Part shown: positions 1-11,211 of the stretch, one piece after another
Position numbering within the stretch: position 1 is the stretch's first letter
How the letters are laid out: each line of letters starts with the position of its first letter
Origin: Octopus sinensis
Lineage: Eukaryota
Direction: 5' to 3'
DNA: 64,000 nt
NCBI RefSeq assembly: GCF_006345805.1
Contig: NC_043000.1
Span: 103,602,001 to 103,666,000 of the forward strand
The notes under the pieces: generated by a model
Database searches by the model: none
What the model was told of the DNA's origin: nothing
The model's input: the letters and a program-made list of their open reading frames with translations, nothing else
Program-made: the position numbers and the translations under genes

Positions 1-164
1 CGGTGTATATATATTCCAGTGGATAATGTTTACGCCACAGAAACCGGGTAATCGACCATAACTCGGAAAGGAACTTTAGCTACCCTGCCCCCCATTTTTT
101 TTTTTTAGATGTATAAGAATATTTACTAAAAATGTGAGAACGATTAGGTATCAATATTTGACCA

Positions 165-1985
165 ACAAAGGCGGCGATATGGTCGCAACGTTGGCGTGTC
201 GGACAAAATGCCTATCGGCATTTCTTCCGGCTCTCTATATGCTAAGTTCAGATCATGCCGAAGTTATCCTTTCATCACTTTCATCATTTCGGGGTCGATA
301 AAATATAGTACCAGTTTAAATACCAAGGTCGATATAATCGACTAACCATCTCCTAAAACTGCAGGCCTTATGTGAGAATTTGAAGCAATATTTGATAGAA
401 TACACTATTTTATTTATACTAATTTTGCTACCAGAAAGTTTTCATTACCATTAAAATTGCTATCTTTTATTCTTGAATTTAAAAAATGTTATTTTATCAG
501 AAAGGAACAAAATCTTATTTCTATTATTTAAAGCAACAATGTTAGAAACCTACTCTTAATGTTTTATAGCATTTAGTCTCGCCTTAATCCTGTCCGATTA
601 ATTTGTCTTCATCTGTATGAGAGTGAATGAAGAGACTGTTCGATACATAGATTGGAGTGATTAGTCTCTGATAAATGCAGATTAATAAGTTGTCAGTTTA
701 TCAGTAACCGCCTGATTGATCATAACGGATTATTAATGTTGCGATTCAAGGAGGCGGACAGGCAAAACCATTAGAGTCGGAAAAAAGCGCCTTGCGCTCT
801 TTGTTCTAGCTCTTTACATCTTGTGTTTAAGTCCCATTGAGGTCAACTGTAGATTTCAATCTTTTGGTATTGATAAAATAAAGTACCGATCTAGTATTGG
901 AGTTGGTGGTAATACCACTGTGGTATTGACTAACGCTCCCGTCAAAGTTGCTAGTTTTGTGCCTAAATCAGAAATTATTATTGACGTTGCATTATCTGTG
1001 TAACTATAATACAACAAACCGTAAATAAATACGTAAGCACAAGCTCTCTGTTTCAATTTTAAAGCACAAGGAAACGTTTGAATATTAAGCTAATGGTTTG
1101 TTAATATATTGTATAGAATAGGGAGGCAAACTGGCAAAATCATTTTCGCGCCGGAAAAAGTTTAGCAACATTTTTTCCAATGTTACGTTCTAAGTTCAAA
1201 TGTCGCCGAGGTCGATTTTGCTTTGCAACATTTCGGGGTCCATAAGATAAGAACCAGTAGAACGCTGGTATCGATGTAATAGACCTAATCCTTTCCCACA
1301 AATTTCTGACCTTGTGCCAAAATTTAAAATCAATATGTCGTGTTGAATACTAGAATATTGTTAATTTGAAACTGAAAAGAAAAAGCTTAGTTCTGAGATC
1401 AAATGCCGCCGAGGTCGGTTTTGCCTTTCATCCTTTCTGGATCGATAAAATAAGTACCAATTGCATACTAAGGTCGATGTAGTTGACTAGGCCCCATCCC
1501 CCGAAATTGCTAGCTTCATACAAAAATCTAAAATCATTATTTAATCTAAATCCTGATGGCGAACTTGCAGAATCGCTAGCACGTTAGTTGTAGTTCCTCA
1601 TTCTAATGTTCTGAGTTCAAATTCCACAGAGGTCGACTTTGCTTTTCATCCTTTGGAGGTCGATAAAATGCATAACATTTGCGTACTTGAGTCCATATAA
1701 TCAACTAGGCCCCTCCCCATAAATTTCAGGATTTGTGCCTATAGTAGAAAGAATTAGTAAATCAAAGTGCAAGGCGGCAAGCTGGTTGAGTCGTTACCGC
1801 ATCGGACAAAATGCCTAGTGGCAATTCTTCTTCCTTTACGTTCTAAGTTCAAATCTCGCTGAGGTCGACTTTGTCTTTTACCTTTTCGGGGTCGATGAAT
1901 AAGTGCCAGTTTTACACACAAGGGTTGATGTAAGTGACTCATCCTTTTTGCCAAATTTTAGGTTTTGTGTGTCTATAGCAGAGAT
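165..1985 (+). mobile_element. Cluster of six degenerate tRNA-derived SINEs (type A: aaggcggcgagctggc...gaggtcgactttgcctttcatcc)
   Basis: Copies at ~165-390, 835-975, 1123-1335, 1385-1535, 1552-1750 and 1770-1985. Confidence 0.85.
584..612 (-). CDS. Candidate terminal coding exon, (N)EDKLIGQD*
   Basis: Acceptor cattcactctcatacag, phase-1 frame reaches TAA at 586-584, minus-strand AATAAA at 466-471. Other endings, or continuation beyond the window, are possible. Confidence 0.3.
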
Positions 1986-2573
1986 AATTATTCAATCTAA
2001 GTGCATTGAAAACATCAACTAATAAAGAGATTGCAACATAGTCTCTTTAACACCACAATGTTCAACACTATCTACATGAAGCAAACAGTTTCGAACTACA
2101 TATATGAAAACAAATAATTATGTCTTCACACTACACATATCATTTTTTTAACTACAACAACATCGTTGATTGCAACTACTTTGTGATGTAAAACACTAAT
2201 TAACGTTTCGCAGCAAAACTAAACTTGATTAGTTTGGTAAGATTCAGAACACTCAAAAATATCATACAGTATACGTTCAGCTGAAGCTCTGCCCTACAAA
2301 TCACACAATTATATGTAACTATATTATATTGTAAATCATATTTCTTGACCATAGAAAAAAGTAAACATTTCACCAGCTCCACATTCCAATTGTTTTTTGA
2401 CACCAATCCACTCAAACACCCACACTCTCACAGCAGGAGTAGGAAGGATGTTGAGTAAAAGAAAAGAAGAATTGTAGAAAGACTTATTTAAGCAAACTCA
2501 TCATTATACACAAAGATTTTGTAAATCAAAAAATCATACTTCCTCCCAAATGTAAAATGTAATATAAACTTAC

Positions 2574-2594
2574 TGTTTTCATCGGAATCTAATT
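2574..2594 (-). CDS. 21-nt symmetric phase-1 micro-exon, (E)LDSDEN
   Basis: Acceptor ttttttttttcgtgttttcag, donor A|gtaagt; last 12 nt identical to those of the 10345-10383 exon. Confidence 0.7.
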
Positions 2595-2964
2595 CTGAAA
2601 ACACGAAAAAAAAAAAGCAAAAATATATTTTTTAAATATTTATTATTCAGAAGAATTCATACGGATATCCATGGCAGTCTAACGTACATGGTAATCTTTA
2701 TAAACAGCATTTATTTCCAGACTTATATGCGTGTTTTCTAAGCTTCTGGTTTTAACTACATTCACTCTGCCTTAGGTAGCGTAGATGTGTCTGTGTCTCA
2801 ACATATGTGACGAAGACTGATGTTCAATATTGGTTTCATAAGAGGCCAGGTTTGTATATGATGAAAATATACTACTGAATACTGTGTCAAGCTATTATTT
2901 CGGATCACACAATCTAGTGTAAAACTAGAAATGACTAAATACCGAAAATAGTGTTATAGGAACA

Positions 2965-3200
2965 GGGTGGTGGGCTGGTAGAATCGTTAGCATGCCGGAC
3001 AAAAATTCTTAGCGGTATTCCGTCCGTCTTAACGTTATTCCGTCCGTCTTAACGTTCTGAGTTCAAATTTCACCGAGGTCAGCTTTACCTTTTAACCCTT
3101 GGGGATCGATAAAAAAAAGGGTATCAGATGAAAACTGGAGTTGATGCAACCGACTTGCCCCACCTCCAAAATTCCTGGCCTTGTACCAAAATTTGAAACC
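2965..3200 (+). mobile_element. Type A SINE with an internal 21-bp duplication
   Basis: gtagaatcgttagcatgccggac...gaggtcagctttacc; tattccgtccgtcttaacgt occurs twice. Confidence 0.85.
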
Positions 3201-3619
3201 AATATAGCGTCGCGCAAGTTTCCGAGTAATCTTCGTTTGGACAAAGCATATTCTAACTTTAAGATACAATTTTGTTTTAGATCACACTACACGACCTAAG
3301 ATCCATGTCTCTTTACGTTTCTCCAGACGTTTCTATTGTATTTATCCACATAAAAGCCTTTTGCCGACACAGAAGAATATGGGCCCGCGAGCACGTACAC
3401 GCGCACATTCTTGTATTTTACAAATATTTTACTCTCCTTTTATTCTCTTACACGTTTCAGTCTTGAAAGGTTTTGTCAAGTAAATCAACCACCGTAATTA
3501 TTTTAAGCCTTATTTTGTCAGTTCTTGTGTCGAACCGCTAATTTCGGGAACGTAAACAAATCAACACCGATTGTCAGGTGATGGGGAACAAGTATATGCA
3601 GAAAGATGCAACCTCACCC

Positions 3620-3765
3620 CCATCACCACCACCACCACCACCACCACCACCCACACACGCACATGCATACACACACGCCCGCGCACACACACACATACAC
3701 ATACATACATACATACATACATACATACATACATACATACATACATACATACATACATACATACG
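3620..3765. repeat. Compound microsatellite (CAC)n/(CA)n/(CATA)n
   Basis: Seen directly. Confidence 0.95.
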
Positions 3766-3858
3766 TTTTCGATGTTTTTCCCTCAATTCACTATTTTAAA
3801 AAGTTTCGATGTTTGTTTAAAAATCAAGAAATACATTTATACAAAACAAATATCTTAC

Positions 3859-3897
3859 CACGTGAAAAGTGTAATTGCCTGATCAATCTACGGTATT
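3859..3897 (-). CDS. 39-nt symmetric phase-1 micro-exon, (K)YRRLIRQLHFSR
   Basis: Acceptor cttttttacaattttcag, donor G|gtaaga, open in phase 1. Confidence 0.7.
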
Positions 3898-4282
3898 CTG
3901 AAAATTGTAAAAAAGTAATTAGTACTTTTTAAAAAATACTTCATTTAGTTTAGACATTCCTGCAAAAGGGACACCTAAAAACATTACTATATTCAATCGT
4001 ATAAAAAGACATTCAGATCTTCAACTCTCGATAGGGAGCTAGAATATCAAATGTTTGAAAATGCATATCACATAGAGATGTAAGAGTTTTGCAAGATCAC
4101 AATGCTGAGTTCAGAACACCAAAAAGGGCTTACAGGTAGTAATGAAAGGATGTTTAATAATCAGACGTGTTACAGACCCCACAACAAATTGAAGACTGCA
4201 AGTAGTACATCGTCGACGTATCAATCACATTATTCTGAAAGAGTTTGCACCCACTCCTCTGATATTTTGAATATTAAAAATA

Positions 4283-4796
4283 TCTATATATATAAAACTG
4301 TAGTTGTGTGAGTGTCTGTCTCCTACGATTTAGATTCCTAACTACTCCCACATTTTGCGGTGCAGTTTAACCAAATTCGGGTATCTTATAGTCGTGATTC
4401 ATATCGAGCCCGTCTGGCTATTAGCGCGCGTCTACGATGAGTCTACGATTTTAAAAAGAATTTACCATCATCTTTTATTCCATTTTAATGCATAATATTT
4501 TGTGTGCCGATGGCGGCGGAGTTGGCGTCCACGCTCACACCTGCACCTGTGTTTGCTTCTCCTCTTCTTCCCTCCCTCGTGAAGCTGTGGGGAAGGGAGT
4601 TTAAGGAAATCAACGTCGTAAAGCGTTGTCAAGGAGACCAGCGTTCTTTTAGAACAACGACTTCATGGCTTGAAGACACCAAAACAGAAATGGCTAAGAA
4701 AGCCCGAATTGGCATCTATAAGGGAAGTGACTCTCTAAAAATGCTTATATAGTTATTTCCCTTACAAACCCGAGCAACGCCGGGCGATTCTGCTAG
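4283..4796 (+). mobile_element. Non-autonomous Helitron
   Basis: A|TC start, subterminal hairpin cccg-agcaacgc-cggg, CTAG|T end, no TSD. Confidence 0.8.
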
Positions 4797-5537
4797 TAAA
4801 AAATAAAAACAGAACAAGTATTCTCAAACGCAAGAAACAAGTGCCACGTCAATTTTTACATCAGTCTCTGATTACAACAATGAATTATACCATCTGAGCT
4901 AAACTTGAAAGTTAAGTCCCTTGGGCATGTACTCAGTAGTGAGTCGGTTGTAATTACAGGCCTCCAACTTTTCGGCTACGCTTCTTTTTGAGAATGAACG
5001 AAGAAAATTATCTAGGGACACATGCTGCATGATAAATGAAAGTGTATCAAGAAATTTTGATTAATAAAAATCACGTCCGGTGTGAGGAAAAAACAAACTG
5101 TCATGTTATGGATGAATTCTGGTAAAAAAAAAAGACAAGGGATATCACCCTAGAATTAAAATTTTAAAAAAATAATTAGAAATAGAATATAGTTGGTTGT
5201 GTTACCGTAATCTTTAAACACTATAGCGATAACTCAAGATCTGGTTTAGTCTTCGTAAACATTATTGGAGTAATAAAGTCTCTCCAAGATACAAGAGATG
5301 TTATAAAGACCAAGATTGATAAACACCAAGTGGCATATCGCAATATATACATTCTTCTTCAGGGCGATCGGCAGCCTAGGAGCTCGTCGAAGTAGACAAG
5401 TGGAGTGAGCCAAATCCTGTCCGTTCAAGCAACGCCACGAGGTGGTAGCTTGAGAGAGCTGCTAAAACACGAACGTCCTGTTCGGCTGTCAGCATTCGAG
5501 AGACCGAAAGAGGGAAATTTTGCTGCTGCTAGTTTTC

Positions 5538-5622
5538 TGCGCATGCACACGAGGGAACTTCCGGCAGGCCTCCCAGAATAATCCAACTCTGCGCATGCGT
5601 GCAGGAGATTTCCAAGATGGCG
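5538..5622. promoter_or_regulatory. Cluster of NRF1-, ETS- and YY1-like motifs
   Basis: tgcgcatgca 5538-5547, acttccgg 5557-5564, tgcgcatgcg 5590-5599, caagatggcg 5613-5622. Confidence 0.35.
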
Positions 5623-6311
5623 TCACTACATGATTTTGTTCTCCCCTTATAACAGGTGCAATTTAAATTATTAAATTTTGATTCTCTATATCAAATATAT
5701 TAGCACACCTTTTACCATTTGTTTTACGTGAGGCATGCATATTTTCTATTTCCACAATCATTCTTTTTAACTTATCACAACACTCAGTCTTCATTCTTTA
5801 AATGCAGTATAATGTAGAAACTGCGTAACATGATTATCAATAGTGTTAACAACTGGTTATTGTTATCAGAATTAGTAGCTCTTAATCTCATTGTTTGCTT
5901 AGTGTTACTAGCTGTTATTGTTATCCAAAGACTTCATCTCAAAGTAATCAAAATACACAGCTTCTACTATATCCTGTACTAGCAGATGTAGTCGACGTTC
6001 CTCGGGATTTAAAATAGCATAGTTTTTCATTGTTTTACTTGTTTCAGTCATGTGACTGCAGCTATGCTGGAGCACCGCCTTTAGTCGAACAAATCGACCC
6101 CAGGATTCATTCTTTGTAAGCCTAGTACTTATTCTATTGTTGTCTTTTGTTGAACCGCTAATGTTACGAAGACGTAAACACAGCAACATCGGTTGTCAAG
6201 CGATGGTGGGGGTACAAACACACACACAAAAATACACATATATACGACAGTCTTCTTTCAGTTTCCATGTACGAAGTCCGCTCACAAAGCTTTAGTCGGG
6301 TTGAGGATATA

Positions 6312-6362
<51 letters not shown>

Positions 6363-6447
6363 ATATATATATACGTATGACCGCGTGTGTACCGTTGGCG
6401 ATTTTTTTCCCTCCATCTTCCCTTCTCTGGATCTTTCCTCTTCCTAT

Positions 6448-6482
6448 GTTTCTGACGAAGAGCTCCGCTCGAAACGTAAAAC
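6448..6482 (+). ncRNA. Minimal type-I hammerhead ribozyme motif in a Penelope-associated repeat
   Basis: gttt-CTGACGA-A-gagc-tcc-gctc-GAAA-C-GTA-aaac; stems I and II pair, palindromic ACGT stem III. Confidence 0.7.
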
Positions 6483-6585
6483 CTTCCTTCTTCCCTTCCT
6501 TCCTGAGCGTCCAATAATACTATATTTGTTCCACGTCCTCGCGTTGTTGTGTTTTCTCTTTGCGTTTTCATGTTTGGATTAACTT

Positions 6586-6698
<113 letters not shown>

Positions 6699-7369
6699 TG
6701 CGCTAGATTACTATACTGTTTGATAGTCGAAAGACTGCTTTGATTTTTTTTTGTTGTATAGTCGAAAGGCTTTTGTCTATTGTATATGTATAATACTATT
6801 TCTTATTCTAAGTTCGTCCGATAGTCGGAAATCCTTTCTATTTGTTGTAACCTTGTGTTTGTATATGTACATTCGTTTGGCTTGCCCATGGGCTTAATGC
6901 CTTCAGCTTAAGCCCTTAGCTCAACCGGTTTCGAGTAGTATCGGAAAGGATTGGGCAAAACTACTTTGACATTTCAGACTCCGACTGAAGAAGCAATTGG
7001 CTGCGAATGATCCGTATATCTTGTTTTGTCCTGTTTGCCGTTGTTGTGCTATCGTCCTTTTCCTGCTTGTTGTGTTTTGACGATTTCCTGTTGTTGTGTT
7101 TTTACCTTATATATATAAATATACACCAGCCAGCTTTGTGCTGTCAACTTACAATACTCTTTATTCACAAAAAACGCAGTCCTCTAGCCTTAGATCTTTT
7201 GTTGATGATAAGAAAGTAGATAAGAATGAAATTAGACATTAATTACAATCCTATGACCCCCCACTGTGTTCCATGTCACTCCAAAATTGTAGTTGTTCTC
7301 TTAGTTTATTCTTGCTGTGATAGTGGCATCCTATTGCTCTGATAAAATATTTAAGAAAAATTATATTAA

Positions 7370-7531
7370 TAGGCGCTGGAGTGGCTGTGTGGTAAGCAGC
7401 TTGCTTACCAACCACATGGTTCCGGGTACAGTCCCACCGCGTGGTACCTTGGGCAAGTGTCTTCTACTATAGCCTCGAGCCAACCAAAGCTTTGTGTGTG
7501 GATTTGGTAGACAGAAACTGAAAGAAGCCCG

Positions 7532-7614
<83 letters not shown>

Positions 7615-7790
7615 CTTGACAACTTTTTGGTCCCCATAACTTAGTGGTTCGGCAAAAGGGATCGATAGAATAAGTGCTAGGCTTACAAAGAATGAGTGCT
7701 GAGATCGATTTGTTCAACGAAAGGTGGTGCCCCAGCATGGCCACAATCAAATAACTGAAACAAATAAAAGAGTAAAAAGAGTAAATGAGT
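7370..7790 (+). mobile_element. Type B tRNA-derived SINE with internal (TA)n(TG)n
   Basis: ggagtggctgtgtggtaag...ggttccgggtacagtccc head; related copies at ~32000-32510 (+), 53370-53700 (+), 6035-6300 (-), 3445-3620 (-), 22395-22500 (+). Confidence 0.85.
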
Positions 7791-7941
7791 AATAAATCTT
7801 ATGTGTTGAAAATCCATATTTCTTGCAACTGAAGAAGGCACTGTATTTAAATTGATGTATTGCTTGCATTGTTCTATTAAATGGAGCCGCTTGAAACGGT
7901 CATATTGCACTAATACTTGAGATCATATTACTTATTTTGAT

Positions 7942-7983
<42 letters not shown>

Positions 7984-8290
7984 ATATACATGTATATATA
8001 TATGTATACACACACACACAAACACACACACACATACACACACACACACATACACACACAGATATATATATATATACACACACATATATACACACACATG
8101 TATATACTCACAGCCAGCCACGTGCTTAAACGAGATTTATAGCCACCGATATACGGGAAAGCAGTGAATAAAAGTTCACTGGTATTGCGAATAGCCACCT
8201 GACTGAATAAAAAACCGTAAATAATTCTTAATTATGTAATATAAATATATGTTGTAGAAGTAAATAAAAATAAAATATTATTGTACATAC

Positions 8291-8329
8291 TATGATTCTC
8301 TGCCAAAATTCTCTTCAGTTTGCCAATAC
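8291..8329 (-). CDS. 39-nt symmetric phase-1 micro-exon, (S)IGKLKRILAENH
   Basis: Acceptor tttctaaatttacaatccaag (AAG, weaker), donor A|gtatgt, open in phase 1. Confidence 0.55.
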
Positions 8330-8371
8330 CTTGGATTGTAAATTTAGAAATAAATTAGTATATTACTGTTA

Positions 8372-8419
<48 letters not shown>

Positions 8420-8664
8420 ACCAAATAATTCACGAGAAAAAATAATTCACAAAAAAATAATTTGTGAAAATATCATTAACTCTGTTATTATCTAGTACAA
8501 CAATTTAGAAAATGATATAACAGAATCAATAATATAGACGATTGCAGACCCAGAAACAGCATTAAATAGTTGAAGGATTAAAATTAATCAAAGGGCATAC
8601 TAAGTATGTCTACTTGCTGGAAATAACAGTCTGATTTCTGTAGTTATGATCAGTGTATTTTGCC

Positions 8665-8666
8665 GA

Positions 8667-8748
<82 letters not shown>

Positions 8749-8807
8749 TATGTATATATGCATATATATATATATAATATATATATATATATAATATATA
8801 TATATGC

Positions 8808-8850
<43 letters not shown>

Positions 8851-8890
8851 CACGCACGCACATGCGCATGCGCGCGCACACACACACATG
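8665..8890. repeat. (TA)n/(CA)n microsatellite; similar tracts at ~6310, 6590, 7940, 9180, 29700, 31070, 33210, 54480
   Basis: Seen directly. Confidence 0.95.
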
Positions 8891-9175
8891 AACAGAAAGC
8901 TGGGAAATTTTGATATTATTTGATCTGTATTACAAGTTTCTTTACCATGTATACAAATGGAAGACACATACAAGATAGCTCTTATTAGCAATTCATCAGA
9001 TAGATTATTAGAATATTATTTTAATATTTGAACTCTCTTATTGGTAACGAAATATGTAATTTGGAATAAAAAGTAAGAGACAAATTGTGCCAATACCAAC
9101 CAATCAGAGTAGTGGACACAACGGAGTCCAAATAGCAGTCAAAGGCTAGGTGTTATCTGCTACATTCCAATGTAG

Positions 9176-9247
<72 letters not shown>

Positions 9248-9299
9248 TATATAATAAACAGGAGAGGAATTTCACTCGAATGTACGCTACACCCTGAAA

Positions 9300-9357
9300 G
9301 CGCTCGCATACCACATGGAAAGTCCTCGCGTACCACACAGGTTGAGAACCATTGGAC
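9300..9357. mobile_element. hAT/Charlie-like terminus
   Basis: ggttgagaaccattg resembles the reverse complement of the CAGTGGTTCTCAAC TIR. Confidence 0.4.
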
Positions 9358-9890
9358 TACAGAAACGATTAAGAAAACGAGAGATAACCAACTTGACAGC
9401 ACTGTTTGTCTTTTGATTTTTGTAGTTGTTTTTTTTACATACTTTCATCCACAGATTATCAACTTAACTATTAGATTACCATCGACCACATCAATTTTAC
9501 CATTCTGGAAGGCCCTGTACACCTCATGTCATTGCCTTATTTCTTTGTCTATTTTATAAAAGACGATTGCAATTAGTAAACCAATGAATTGCTCGAAAAA
9601 TTCTTCTGTACATCTTCTTATTACAACTGAGTATTATATCATCCTTTGCGAAAGCACGTCCAGGTATGTTGTTTGTTTCATATTCTAGGGAAAATATTAC
9701 CTTACTTGGAAATAAGTGAGGGTTTGTGGCAGGAAACTCATCCAGCCATTGGAAAATCTGCTTTAATGAAGTTCTCGTCTGACCCACGGAAGCATGGAAA
9801 AATAAACAACATCGATGATGATGATAAAAACAACTGTGATTATATATAACCTTAAGAATTATAATCTCATTTGATCATGCATATACTTAC

Positions 9891-9932
9891 TATTAGAGTG
9901 CATCAACCGGTGTAGAACTAGCTGTACCCAGG
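9891..9932 (-). CDS. 42-nt symmetric phase-1 micro-exon, (T)WVQLVLHRLMHSN
   Basis: Acceptor gttttattgaaacag, donor A|gtaagt, open in phase 1. Confidence 0.65.
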
Positions 9933-10344
9933 CTGTTTCAATAAAACTATTTTTTAAGATACATGTCGTCAAAGCAGAAATTTACAAAATTTTCCTAAAC
10001 AAAACTAGGTTAGAGTTAACTAAATGTATGTTAACTAAATATATGTTGAGATTATATATATATAGTTGTCTCAAAAGGTCTCGTGTCTACAGTAAAACAC
10101 TAAACTAGAAGCGTGTTAGACACCAGCGACACCTTTCATGTTTTAATAGTAATCAGCCTACTGCGACATCCATCCACACTCTTAAAATAGAAACACACAC
10201 ACATACGTTCCCCCACACATACACCCCCCCCACACACACACACACACAATCATCTTCTTTAGAATAGTTTTTACAAGTCAGTAAAACATACTTGTTGCAA
10301 GCGACTTAATATAAAGACAAACAGAAAAGGATCTACCAGCTTAC

Positions 10345-10383
10345 TGTTTTCATCGGTTTCACGATTTCTTGATACGTTTTGCT
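10345..10383 (-). CDS. 39-nt symmetric phase-1 micro-exon, (K)QNVSRNRETDEN
   Basis: Acceptor gcttcttcttgttttcag, donor A|gtaagc, open in phase 1. Confidence 0.7.
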
Positions 10384-11211
10384 CTGAAAACAAGAAGAAG
10401 CCCAATCGATATTTTTTTAATATATTGTGTTTAGTAGAATTCATATGTCCATAATTAAAATTTGTTAATTTTTAGAAATAGGATTAAGTTTCAAATGAAA
10501 TAATGTTTCTTAAAGCTACAGATATTGTTTCATCTAAAAGTGTGGCATGCTGGCGCGTTGTAAGTGACAAACAACTTTCTCTATGTACACGTGACCAACC
10601 TAGGGTCTTACAGAGGCGAGTTGTGTCTACAAGGGCACAGGAAACATGAAATACAAGGGAGAAAAGCATGGTGTGGTACATAAATGTGACAGTGGTAGCA
10701 TGTATGTGTATAACAATACAAATATTTTCAAAATGAATGAAAAAGATGTACATGCAAAATGCAACGTGCAACAATGTGACTGAAAGAAAGTGGAAGTGCA
10801 AAATATGAATAAAATTGAGAAGGCATGCAAACAAAAATTCAGGTTATGAAAAAATGTTCAGTTCATTTTAGTCTGATAGGATGCAAGCAGAATCAATTTT
10901 AATTTAATATAACAAACAGGCAATTGAATTAGGACCATGTAAGCGTTAAAAGTATGGTTCTTGTGAAGTTCAGTGGATAGAAAATAAACAAATAAGTCTT
11001 GTAGGTGTTCGTGTAGAAATTAAGGCATTGGTGCCTGTAAACTACTCACCTGTACGAGTTTGCCGTGAAGAAGTTGCGGTACTTGTATGAGGTGTTGACG
11101 AGACTGTGTTGGTTTGGTGCACGGTCGACGATGATGATGCGGAATCGGATTCGACGATAGCTTTCTTAAATCGATCGATACTGATAGTATTTCGGTTGCC
11201 ATTTATGTCGA

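Noticed and set aside
856-1056. 66-aa minus ORF that looks protein-like
   Set aside because: Mostly the antisense of a degenerate type A SINE.
6985-7010. CTGAAGAAG...GCGAA hammerhead-like remnants (also ~5354 minus, ~25930, ~35985)
   Set aside because: GAAA core or stems are broken; too degenerate to call.
9455-9664. Plus-strand segment with a good acceptor and donor
   Set aside because: Stops in all three frames; opposite strand to the supported gene.
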